From NCBI GenBank assembly GCA_964577685.1, contig CAZNZT010000008.1, positions 761-64,760 on the forward strand: a DNA stretch of 64,000 nt. The letters run 5' to 3'. The translations under genes and the position numbers were made by a program. The stretch is from an uncultured Methanosarcinales archaeon (GTDB taxonomy: Archaea; Nanobdellota; Nanobdellia; Woesearchaeales; JACPBV01). Positions 29,581 through 37,215 of the stretch are shown in pieces. A model generated the notes under the pieces. It made no database searches. It was not told where the DNA came from and saw nothing but the letters and a program-made list of their open reading frames with translations. Each line of letters opens with the position of its first letter. Position 1 is the stretch's first letter.

Positions 29581-31554
29581 ATGAAAAAATTTTTAATATT
29601 ATTATTCTTATTAATAATTCCTGTTATTTCTGCACAGGATTGGATTTATAACTCTGAGTCTTTAACAGTAGAGTTAGATATTTCTTCTTCTTTAAGACTG
29701 ATCCAAAAAAGCCCTGACTTTAGAGTAGAATATATCTCAGTAAATCTATCGCTTGTACCACAAGATTCATCCCAGCAAGAAGTTTTAGTGCTAAAAACAA
29801 ATCCTAAAGGAGAAAAAAAAGAAGGTGTAATAGAATTCAAATGGGATAAACCAGAAAAAGAATTACTTGAATTTAAAGTTAATTCTAGAATAATAAGCCT
29901 TAACGATATAATAAAACTAAAAGAAAAAATAAAATTCCCACTAACGGAAATACCAAAAGAAATAAAAAAATACACGCAGCCCTCTAAGACTATAGACTCA
30001 AACAATGAAAACATAATAAGGCTTGCTTCAAAATTAATAGAAGGAGAAGATGATTTATATTTTGTTGTCTTTAAATTAGCAGAATGGACTAAGGAAAATA
30101 TAAGATATGACCTCACAACCTCAACAGGACAAACAACACAAAAAGCATCCTGGGTTCTAGATAACAAAGAGGGAGTATGTGATGAACTGACAAATCTATT
30201 CATAGCCTTATGTAGAGCCCTTGGCATTCCTGCAAGATTTATTTCTGGAGTTTCATATACTAATGTTGAAAGTTCAAAAGAAGGCTGGGGACCACATGGT
30301 TGGGCTGAAGTCTATTTTCCAAAATATGGATGGGTCCCTTTTGATGTAACATATGGGCAATTTGGTTTTGTTGATGCTACGCATATAAAACTAAAAGAAA
30401 GTATGGACCCGGACGAACCATCTACAAGACTACAATGGTTTGGTTCAGACATAGAAGTAGAAATGTCAAAGTTAGAGATAAAAACAAAATTAATAGAAAA
30501 AAAGGGTAAAACACTAAAACCAATCTCTATAGAAGGAAAAGCAATCAGAAATAATATAGATTTTGGTTCTTATAATATCATAGAAGCAAAAGTAAAAAAC
30601 CTAAATGACTATTACATAAGTACAGATTTAACCATATCTAAACCAAAAGAAATAGAAGTGATAGACAAAGAAATAAAAACAATCGTATTAGAACCAAATG
30701 AAGAAAAAAAAATTTATTGGATTATAAAGGTAAATGAAAACTTAGAGGAGGAATATATCTATACATTTCCTATTATGATATACTCAACAAGAAATGTTAG
30801 TTCTATCACAAGATTTGACGCAAGAAAAGGTGAAAAAAAATTAGATTTAAAGTATATAGAAGAGATACTAGAAGAAGAAAAAGAAGAAAAAAACATCTCT
30901 AAAAACATAAAATTGGACTGTCAAACAAAAGAAAAAGAAATATATGAATATCAAACATCAAAAATAAAGTGTGAAATAGAAAACACAGGCAATACTTATA
31001 TAGAAAAATTAAATGTTTGCTTAGAAGAAGATTGCAAAGAAGTAGATTTAGGAATCACACAAAAGAAAGATTTAAACTTTAATTTCTCTCCAAAAAAAAT
31101 AGGAAAACAAGAAATAAAAATAACGGCAAAAAACAAAGACCTTATCAGATCTTCTAGTTTAGATATGACTGTATATGATACCCCTTCATTAGAGATTAGA
31201 AATATTACTTTCCCAAAGAAAGTAGCCTATAAAGGAGAATACAAAATATCCTTCATATTAAAAAAGAAATCTCAATACCCACCCTACAATATCACAATAA
31301 AACTTAGTCCATTTCTTAGTGAATGGAAACTTAGTCAGTTAAATGTTGATAGGCTCTTTAATATAAACTTCTATGGGAAAGAATTAGATATTGGAGAGAA
31401 CAAATTTATCTTAACAATAAACTATCAAGACAAAAATGGAAGGAAATATACTACAAACAAAAAGTTCATAATATCTCTTTCAGATGTAAATATAATGGAG
31501 AGGATTATCATATACTTAAAAAAGATTTTAAAGAAAACTTCAAAACTACTCTAG
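29581..31554 (+). CDS. Secreted transglutaminase-like cysteine protease domain protein with a C-terminal beta-rich (Ig-like?) extension
   Basis: Signal peptide 'MKKFLILLFLLIIPVISAQ'. Transglutaminase core 'GVCDELTNLFIALCRALGIPARFISG', 'HGWAEVYF', 'PFDVTYG' (Cys-His-Asp triad). Confidence 0.75.
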   Translation: MKKFLILLFLLIIPVISAQDWIYNSESLTVELDISSSLRLIQKSPDFRVEYISVNLSLVPQDSSQQEVLVLKTNPKGEKKEGVIEFKWDKPEKELLEFKVNSRIISLNDIIKLKEKIKFPLTEIPKEIKKYTQPSKTIDSNNENIIRLASKLIEGEDDLYFVVFKLAEWTKENIRYDLTTSTGQTTQKASWVLDNKEGVCDELTNLFIALCRALGIPARFISGVSYTNVESSKEGWGPHGWAEVYFPKYGWVPFDVTYGQFGFVDATHIKLKESMDPDEPSTRLQWFGSDIEVEMSKLEIKTKLIEKKGKTLKPISIEGKAIRNNIDFGSYNIIEAKVKNLNDYYISTDLTISKPKEIEVIDKEIKTIVLEPNEEKKIYWIIKVNENLEEEYIYTFPIMIYSTRNVSSITRFDARKGEKKLDLKYIEEILEEEKEEKNISKNIKLDCQTKEKEIYEYQTSKIKCEIENTGNTYIEKLNVCLEEDCKEVDLGITQKKDLNFNFSPKKIGKQEIKITAKNKDLIRSSSLDMTVYDTPSLEIRNITFPKKVAYKGEYKISFILKKKSQYPPYNITIKLSPFLSEWKLSQLNVDRLFNINFYGKELDIGENKFILTINYQDKNGRKYTTNKKFIISLSDVNIMERIIIYLKKILKKTSKLL

Positions 31555-31562
31555 TAGTAAAT

Positions 31563-32420
31563 ATGAACATAAAAGCCAAAATAGCAACAATTATGAACAT
31601 AATAGGAAATGGGCTATTGTTCATACTAAAATTGATAGTAGGACTAGCCTATAACAGTATTGCTATAATATCTGATTCGTTAAATTCACTCATGGACATA
31701 ATTGCATCTATAATAGTATTTCTGTCTGTTAAAACATCCTATAAAAAAGCAGACAAAAAACACCCATTTGGTCACTATAGAGCAGAACCAATAGCTAGCT
31801 TAGTAGTAGCAATATTCACAGGGATTCTAGGGTTTGAAGTAATCAAGACTTCTATTGAAAGATTACTTGATGGGGAAACAATCACAAAAAGTGTTTTCCC
31901 TATAGCAGTGATGCTATTAGTATTAGCTATTAAATCAACAATGTATGTATATGCAAAAAAAGTTGGAAATATTACAAAAAGTTCTGCCATACTAGCAAGT
32001 GCTATTGACAATAGAAACGATATCTTAATTTCTAGTACCGTCTTACTAGGGGTCCTTGGCTCGTATCATGGCTATAATTTTTTAGACCCCCTATTTGCAT
32101 TATTTGTTGGTATATGGATATTATATGCTGGATACAAATTAGCTATGCAGAACTTAAAATTTCTTATTGGAGAAGCACCAAAAAAGGAATTATTAAGGAA
32201 AATAAAAGATATAGCACTAAGAATAGATGGAGTAAAAGGAGTACATGATATTAAGGCCCATTATGTTGGTACTGTCGTACAAGTAGAGATTCATATTAAT
32301 GTTAGCAAAAAATTATCAATCCAAGAAGCCCATATAATTGGCAAAAATGTAGCTAGGCAATTAGAGAAAATAGAAAAAATTGATAGGGCATTTATCCACA
32401 TAGATCCAATAGAAATATAG
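31563..32420 (+). CDS. Cation diffusion facilitator (CDF) family metal efflux transporter
   Basis: 'LIVGLAYNSIAIISDSLNSLMDIIASII' (TM2 metal-site HxxxD-like 'SDSLNSLMD'). Six TM helices plus the C-terminal cytoplasmic domain 'VHDIKAHYVG...IHID'. Confidence 0.8.
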   Translation: MNIKAKIATIMNIIGNGLLFILKLIVGLAYNSIAIISDSLNSLMDIIASIIVFLSVKTSYKKADKKHPFGHYRAEPIASLVVAIFTGILGFEVIKTSIERLLDGETITKSVFPIAVMLLVLAIKSTMYVYAKKVGNITKSSAILASAIDNRNDILISSTVLLGVLGSYHGYNFLDPLFALFVGIWILYAGYKLAMQNLKFLIGEAPKKELLRKIKDIALRIDGVKGVHDIKAHYVGTVVQVEIHINVSKKLSIQEAHIIGKNVARQLEKIEKIDRAFIHIDPIEI

Positions 32421-32491
32421 TCTCAAAACTTTAAATCACAAAATTTTTATAGGAGTTTAAATAAAAAGTTCAATAAAAGAGGAATCTGACT

Positions 32492-32785
32492 ATGAAATAT
32501 ATAGAAGGCATTTTAAAAATAGCAAATCTATTTCTAGCGTTAGTTGCAGGGACTATAGCTATTAATCTTTTTAAAATTTTAAGTAGAAAGAAGGGTAAAA
32601 AGGAAATTATAGTATGGAAGCTCCTTGCTGTTGCTTTGATCTTTTTTGCTATGCAAATGGTTTTTGGAGCCCTAAGAGCATTTAGAATATTTGAAAGTCC
32701 TTATATAACCCATATTATACCCACAGTTATACTTACATTAATTATTATAGCTATTGTTTTTCAGATAAACATACACAAAAATTAA
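32492..32785 (+). CDS. Small 3-TM membrane protein (paralog of the next gene)
   Basis: 97 aa. Shares its architecture and the central 'KK..I..WKLLAVALIFFA' block with the 32787 ORF ('KPWKILFLAILVYIV'). Translationally coupled to it (1-nt gap). Confidence 0.4.
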   Translation: MKYIEGILKIANLFLALVAGTIAINLFKILSRKKGKKEIIVWKLLAVALIFFAMQMVFGALRAFRIFESPYITHIIPTVILTLIIIAIVFQINIHKN

Positions 32786-32786
32786 A

Positions 32787-33086
32787 ATGTCAAGCATAGG
32801 ATATTGTCTAGGTATTGTAGCACCTTATTATAATCTAGCACTCGTGATAATTGTCACTATTTTATTTCTGAGGCTGTTTAGCTTATCAAACAAAGGAGTG
32901 TATATAAAACCATGGAAAATATTATTCCTAGCAATCCTAGTATATATAGTAGAAGAAATAATAAACATTATGGAAACAGCAAATCTGATTACAGTATCAA
33001 GTCTTTTATTTCCTTTTCTTGAGATGATAATAATTAGTTTATTTATATATATGCTTCTCTTACAGAAAGAGCATACAAAAAAATGA
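32787..33086 (+). CDS. Small 3-TM membrane protein (paralog of the preceding gene)
   Basis: 99 aa, tandem duplicate. Its stop overlaps the start of the pilin-like gene. Confidence 0.4.
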   Translation: MSSIGYCLGIVAPYYNLALVIIVTILFLRLFSLSNKGVYIKPWKILFLAILVYIVEEIINIMETANLITVSSLLFPFLEMIIISLFIYMLLLQKEHTKK

Positions 33087-33337
33087 ATAAAAAAGCATTG
33101 TCTCCTCTAGTAGCAACGATACTATTAGTCTTATTTTCCCTAATAATAGGCACAATAACAATGAACTGGGGAAAAAGCTATGTTGAAAAAATAGAAGAAG
33201 AACCAAAAATAAGAGAAAGTGCCATAATCATAAGCATTAAAGACATTGATACACCGCTGAAGGAATTGCAAATTCAATATATAACAGGGAAAATAACAAA
33301 AGAAGAATATCTAAAAAAAGAAAAAGAGCTAATCTAA
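33083..33337 (+). CDS. Archaeal type IV pilin-like protein (class III signal peptide) fused to a C-terminal SHOCT-like motif
   Basis: N-terminus 'MNKKALSPLVATILLVLFSLIIG' matches the archaeal prepilin pattern (KK-[GA]-x-SP-[VIL]-[VI]-ATxLL, cleavage after the K/A). C-terminus 'ITGKITKEEYLKKEKELI' resembles SHOCT. Confidence 0.5.
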   Translation: MNKKALSPLVATILLVLFSLIIGTITMNWGKSYVEKIEEEPKIRESAIIISIKDIDTPLKELQIQYITGKITKEEYLKKEKELI

Positions 33338-33588
33338 TGATTAATTTTTTCTAAGATTGAAACAACATGCCATATTTGAGTCCTTATATAGGGCTCAAGA
33401 TTATTATCATCGGAAATTTCCTCAAACTCGCTCAAAACCTTATTTACCTTTATTGGTAATTCTATATCACTTTTTAGTATAGAAACAGCTTCCTGTATTT
33501 TGTTTCTAATATTTTTCGGAAGACTACTCTCTTTATTTAACTCCTCTAGTATTACTACAGCTTCTTCAATAGACTTACCTAGATCCAT
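33334..33588 (-). CDS. UPF0147-family archaeal protein
   Basis: 'SLPKNIRNKIQEAVSIL....LEPYIRTQIWHVVSILE' matches the remembered conserved UPF0147 pattern (LP.N.R..A.EA...L......P..RT.IW). Confidence 0.55.
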   Translation of the reverse strand: MDLGKSIEEAVVILEELNKESSLPKNIRNKIQEAVSILKSDIELPIKVNKVLSEFEEISDDNNLEPYIRTQIWHVVSILEKINH

Positions 33589-33590
33589 TT

Positions 33591-33920
33591 TTATTTAATT
33601 TTTTCAGAAACTTCTTCTTGTAATTTCTTTGCTTTTTCTTTTATTTGGTTTTCTTGTTTTTCTAATGTCTTTATCCTCAATTCATTCATTTCTTTTTTTG
33701 AATTCAATTCTTTCTTTAAATCCTCCTTATTAGAAAAGACCATAATGTTACCTATTATCTTGTAAGCTTCCTTTGTTTTTTCTAACTCACTAAGAGCCGA
33801 CTGTATCTCAGCAAGCTGTGATTGGAATTGTTGTTTCTGAACTAAAATATTCTGAAGCGTCTGTTCATACAGCTGTAATTGATTTATTTTTTGTTGGGTT
33901 TCTTTAGATATTTCAGTCAT
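33591..33920 (-). CDS. pfdB: Prefoldin beta subunit
   Basis: Two heptad-repeat coiled coils flank a central beta hairpin 'YKIIGNIMVFSNKEDL'. Q-rich N-terminal helix 'QLQLYEQTLQNILVQKQQFQSQLAEIQSALSELE'. Confidence 0.75.
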   Translation of the reverse strand: MTEISKETQQKINQLQLYEQTLQNILVQKQQFQSQLAEIQSALSELEKTKEAYKIIGNIMVFSNKEDLKKELNSKKEMNELRIKTLEKQENQIKEKAKKLQEEVSEKIK

Positions 33921-33923
33921 TTT

Positions 33924-34061
33924 TTACCTCGCTTTTACTTTCGTTATAACAGTTCTTGGCTTAAACAATATCTTGCCACCACAATAAGGGCATCTCACCC
34001 TCTTCCTTATATAATCTTTACTTACCCTTTTATTACAATCAAAACATTTGTATTCTACCAT
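33924..34061 (-). CDS. rpoP: DNA-directed RNA polymerase subunit P (Rpo12/RpoP), 45 aa
   Basis: 'MVEYKCFDCNKRVSKDYIRKRVRCPYCGGKILFKPRTVITKVKAR' is a C4 zinc ribbon like RpoP. The listed 85-aa ORF (to 34181) is an upstream in-frame extension. Confidence 0.8.
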   Translation of the reverse strand: MVEYKCFDCNKRVSKDYIRKRVRCPYCGGKILFKPRTVITKVKAR

Positions 34062-34062
34062 T

Positions 34063-34332
34063 TTATTCCTCCTTCTTTTGTTCTTCTTTGGATCCCTCCT
34101 CCTTAAAAGATATCTTTTCGGTAACAGAATAAGCCTTACCGGTAAACTTAGATTTACATTTCCTACACTCCCATATGCCAATGGCCAATCTCTTCACACT
34201 AACAGAGGAACAATAGGGACACTTATGTCTTTTTCTTTGTTCCGATTCTATTTTACCGAATCTGTGCTTTACCGTCCTACCATAACGAGCCCCAAATCTT
34301 CTTATAGAACCTAATTTTTTTGTTTCTACCAT
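34063..34332 (-). CDS. rpl37ae: 50S ribosomal protein L37Ae (eL43)
   Basis: 'MVETKKLGSIRRFGARYGRTVKHRFGKIESEQRKRHKCPYCSSVSVKRLAIGIWECRKCKSKFTGKAYS' follows the eL43 consensus (KKVG..G.YG.RYG, C4 zinc ribbon). Start taken at the internal Met. Confidence 0.85.
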   Translation of the reverse strand: MVETKKLGSIRRFGARYGRTVKHRFGKIESEQRKRHKCPYCSSVSVKRLAIGIWECRKCKSKFTGKAYSVTEKISFKEEGSKEEQKKEE

Positions 34333-34363
34333 TTTTACATTGTTCTGTTGAAAAATATTCAAA

Positions 34364-34486
34364 TGGGGCTACTCGGATATTCAGTCGCTAACTTTGATTA
34401 ACGACATTTGAACCGAGGTCGTCCGCTTTTTTTTAGACAACTCTAACCCAAAGCGGAAAGGATATTCCAAGCTACCCCATAGCCCC
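34364..34486 (-). tRNA. tRNA-Pro (UGG) with two introns: 19 nt at the canonical 37/38 site and 29 nt inside the T-arm (between T-loop and 3' T-stem, about position 60/61)
   Basis: Minus strand: GGGGCTA TG GGGT AGCTTGGAATA TCC TT TCCGC TTTGGG|TTAGAGTTGTCTAAAAAAA|A GCGGA CGAC CTCGG TTCAAAT|GTCGTTAATCAAAGTTAGCGACTGAATAT|CCGAG TAGCCCC A. Confidence 0.7.
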
Positions 34487-34547
34487 ACTCTCCTTTAGAA
34501 AATAGAAACGATTTATAAATTTAACGGAATTTATTAATCAAGAAAAA

Positions 34548-34560
34548 CCTTTATAAATAT
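34548..34560 (+). promoter_or_regulatory. Putative TATA box for aRF1. The spacing implies a leaderless or near-leaderless transcript.
   Basis: 'cctttataaatat' lies 23-33 nt upstream of the ATG at 34582. Confidence 0.3.
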
Positions 34561-34581
34561 TCCTCTTTCTCTCAAGATAAT

Positions 34582-35679
34582 ATGAGCGTAACAGAACAAC
34601 AAAAATACAAACTCAGAAAATTCATAAGGGAACTTTCTCAATATAAAGGACGCCATACAGAATTAGTTAGTGTTTATATACCAGAAGGTTATAATATCAA
34701 CAAGATAATACAACATCTACAACAAGAATCAAGCACAGCCACAAACATAAAAGATTCTTCTACAAGAAAAAATGTAATTGACGCTCTAGAAAAGATGATA
34801 CAACATCTTAGACTATACAAAAAAACACCAGAGAATGGTCTAGCTGTATTTTCAGGTAATGTTGCTGCTCAAGTAGGAAAACAAAACTTTAGGGTATGGA
34901 GTATAGAACCTCCTGCTCCACTAAAAACAAGAATATATAGATGTGATAAGCAATTCGTTCTTAATCCCTTAGAAGAAATGTTAGAAACAAGAGAGGTCTA
35001 TGGCCTAGTTGTTCTAGACAGAAGAGACGCTGATATAGCATACCTTAAGGGTAAAACGATAGTTCCGATAAGAAAGACACATTCTGAGGTTCCAGGCAAA
35101 TTCAAAGCAGGGGGACAATCTGCTGCCAGATTCGCTAGAATAAGAGAAGGAGCTGCGAAAGAACATTACAAAAAAGTAGCTGAATATGTAAAAGAAGAAT
35201 TTTTGAAAAATAAAAATCTAAAAGGGATAATAATCGGAGGTCCAGGGCCAACCAAATACGAGTTCATAGAAGGAGGATACCTTACAAACGAAATTAAGAA
35301 AAAAGTGATAGCAATAAAGGATTTAAGCTATACTGGTGAATTTGGTTTACAAGAACTTGTAGATAAAAGTGAAGATGTACTAAGTAATGAGGAAATAATA
35401 GAAGAAAAAAAGATTATGGGAAGGTTTTTTGACTTACTGGCAAAGAAACCGAATCTAGTCAGCTATGGTGAAAATGAAGTCATGACGCATCTGAAAAACG
35501 GAGCTGTAGATATATTGTTACTCTCTGAGAAATTAGAAGACGAAAAAATTGAAAAATTTGAGGAAGAAGCAAGAAAAGTAAGTACAGAAGTAAGGATAAT
35601 ATCAACGGAAACAAGAGAAGGAATCCAGCTAAGAGATCTTGGAAAAGTTGCGGCTATTCTTAGATATGAGATGAAATAA
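34582..35679 (+). CDS. prf1: Peptide chain release factor aRF1 (eRF1 homolog)
   Basis: NIKS-type motif 'TATNIKDSS'. GGQ motif 'KAGGQSAARFARIRE'. Three-domain eRF1 layout. Confidence 0.9.
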   Translation: MSVTEQQKYKLRKFIRELSQYKGRHTELVSVYIPEGYNINKIIQHLQQESSTATNIKDSSTRKNVIDALEKMIQHLRLYKKTPENGLAVFSGNVAAQVGKQNFRVWSIEPPAPLKTRIYRCDKQFVLNPLEEMLETREVYGLVVLDRRDADIAYLKGKTIVPIRKTHSEVPGKFKAGGQSAARFARIREGAAKEHYKKVAEYVKEEFLKNKNLKGIIIGGPGPTKYEFIEGGYLTNEIKKKVIAIKDLSYTGEFGLQELVDKSEDVLSNEEIIEEKKIMGRFFDLLAKKPNLVSYGENEVMTHLKNGAVDILLLSEKLEDEKIEKFEEEARKVSTEVRIISTETREGIQLRDLGKVAAILRYEMK

Positions 35680-35686
35680 AGGCACG

Positions 35687-36373
35687 ATGGAGGATACAAT
35701 AGCAGAAGCCTTTAAGGAAATATATGGTAAACCACCAACATATGAAACATCCATTAGATATAGCAATAGATTTAAACCATACAATGCTTGTGTAAGTTTA
35801 AGGGGAAACAAATTAGAATTTAAACTAAGCAAGAAATGGAAAAGTATCAGTGACGATATAAAGATAGGCCTAATACAAGAGCTAATGCTAAAGATATTCA
35901 GAGAAAAAATAAGACCATTGAAAACAAAGACACAAAGAATGGAACTCTATAATATTTTTATAAAAAAAATACACATAGCAATTCCAAAAACAAAAATAGA
36001 TGTAACACTAAAAGACTCTTTTGACAGAGTTAATAAAAAATATTTTTATGGTCTAATGGAAACGCCAAACCTTGTCTGGGGGAATTATTCAACTTCTAAG
36101 CTTGGTTCCTATGAGTATGGTTCTGATACAATAACAATAAGTAAAGTCCTAAGAGATGCAGAACAAGAACTTCTTGATTATGTTATGTACCATGAAATGT
36201 TACACAAAAAATACAAATTCAAGAGAGTAGGTAACAGATGCTATCATCACACAAAAAAATTTAAAATTGAAGAAAGGTCCTTTGAAAACAGCAAAAGAAT
36301 AGAAAAAAAACTAAAGAAACTAGCAAGAAAAAAAAGATTTGAAATTCTATTCGGGTTTAATCAAAAGTTTTAA
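35687..36373 (+). CDS. YgjP/DUF45-like (M48-related) metal-dependent hydrolase
   Basis: 'LLDYVMYHEMLHKKYKFKRVGNRCYHHTKKFKIEE' is an HExxH zinc site in the usual DUF45 C-terminal position, followed by the H...F segment. Confidence 0.6.
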   Translation: MEDTIAEAFKEIYGKPPTYETSIRYSNRFKPYNACVSLRGNKLEFKLSKKWKSISDDIKIGLIQELMLKIFREKIRPLKTKTQRMELYNIFIKKIHIAIPKTKIDVTLKDSFDRVNKKYFYGLMETPNLVWGNYSTSKLGSYEYGSDTITISKVLRDAEQELLDYVMYHEMLHKKYKFKRVGNRCYHHTKKFKIEERSFENSKRIEKKLKKLARKKRFEILFGFNQKF

Positions 36374-36436
36374 ATATCACTCATATTTCCAGAAAATAAA
36401 GATAGTCTTACTTACAAGAAACAGAAGGTGATTTTC

Positions 36437-36652
36437 ATGTCAGAAAAACTATTACCTTTAGCAGCTATGGAAAAAATAATAAAGAAAGTCGGAGGCTCGG
36501 ATATAAGGGTATCCGATAAAGCAAAAGTAGCACTAAAAGAAATTGTTGAAGAGAAAGCAGAAGAGATAGCAGAAAGAGCATGGAGACTTGCAACCCATGC
36601 TGGTAGAAAAACTGTGAAAGAGAGAGATATAAAACTAGCGGCAAAGGGGTGA
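36437..36652 (+). CDS. Archaeal histone (HMf-like histone fold)
   Basis: 'LPLAAMEKIIKKVGGSDIRVSDKAKVALKEIVEEKAEEIAERAWRLATHAGRKTVKERDIKLAAK'. SD-like 'GGTGA' 7 nt upstream. The track ORF starts 9 nt earlier at a GTG. Confidence 0.85.
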   Translation: MSEKLLPLAAMEKIIKKVGGSDIRVSDKAKVALKEIVEEKAEEIAERAWRLATHAGRKTVKERDIKLAAKG

Positions 36653-36658
36653 TAGGAT

Positions 36659-37051
36659 ATGGCTACAAAACCAGTGGATGTTGGTTCACTAAAGAAAGGT
36701 AACTATGTCGTAATAGATGGAGCAGCTTGTATAGTAACAGAAACACAAGTATCAAGACCAGGTAAACATGGTCATGCAAAGGTAAGATTAAGCGCAGTTG
36801 GCATAATAGATGGTAAAAAGAGGGTGGTTGTTATGCCTGCTCATGATAAATTAGAACAACCAATAATAGAGAAAAAAACAGCACAGGTCCTATCAATAAG
36901 TGGAGACATAGCAAATGTGATGGACAATGAAACCTATGAAACATTCGACTTGAAGATTCCAGAAGAACTAAATGGGAAGGTTGTAGAGGGTGGAAAAGTA
37001 TTATACTGGATAATACTAAATGAAAAAATAATGAAATCTGTACAAGGTTAA
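36659..37051 (+). CDS. eif5a: Translation initiation factor 5A (aIF5A)
   Basis: Hypusination loop 'SRPGKHGHAKVRL'. 130 aa. Confidence 0.9.
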   Translation: MATKPVDVGSLKKGNYVVIDGAACIVTETQVSRPGKHGHAKVRLSAVGIIDGKKRVVVMPAHDKLEQPIIEKKTAQVLSISGDIANVMDNETYETFDLKIPEELNGKVVEGGKVLYWIILNEKIMKSVQG

Positions 37052-37052
37052 G

Positions 37053-37214
37053 ATGGCTAAATTCCAAGAAGCAGAAGCAAGAAAATATCGTAATGTTTTT
37101 GTTTGCAAAAGGTGCAAACAAAAGATAAGGGGTCAAAACCTCAAAATTCTTGCAGGAAAAGTAAAATGCAGGAGATGTGGTGGTAGTGCCTTTAGGCCCA
37201 TAAGAAAAAAATAG
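37053..37214 (+). CDS. rpl40e: 50S ribosomal protein L40e, 53 aa (ORF not in the supplied track)
   Basis: 'MAKFQEAEARKYRNVFVCKRCKQKIRGQNLKILAGKVKCRRCGGSAFRPIRKK' matches L40e (FPEAEAR...C.RC....R......C..CG...LRP). Exactly fills the gap between aIF5A and the next gene. Confidence 0.8.
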   Translation: MAKFQEAEARKYRNVFVCKRCKQKIRGQNLKILAGKVKCRRCGGSAFRPIRKK

Positions 37215-37215
37215 A

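Noticed and set aside
33879-34362. Plus-strand ORFs 33879-34106 and 34048-34314, and the 5' extensions of the minus-strand ORFs 33924-34181 and 34063-34362
   Set aside because: They overlap the well-supported rpoP and rpl37ae genes. The extensions add non-conserved, Arg-rich, junk-like residues upstream of canonical N-termini (MVEYKC..., MVETKKLG...).
34365-34488. Plus-strand reading of the 34365-34488 region as a tRNA (GGGGCTA...TAGCCCC)
   Set aside because: No T-loop or T-stem can be formed on the plus strand. The minus strand gives a complete tRNA-Pro cloverleaf once the two inserts are removed.
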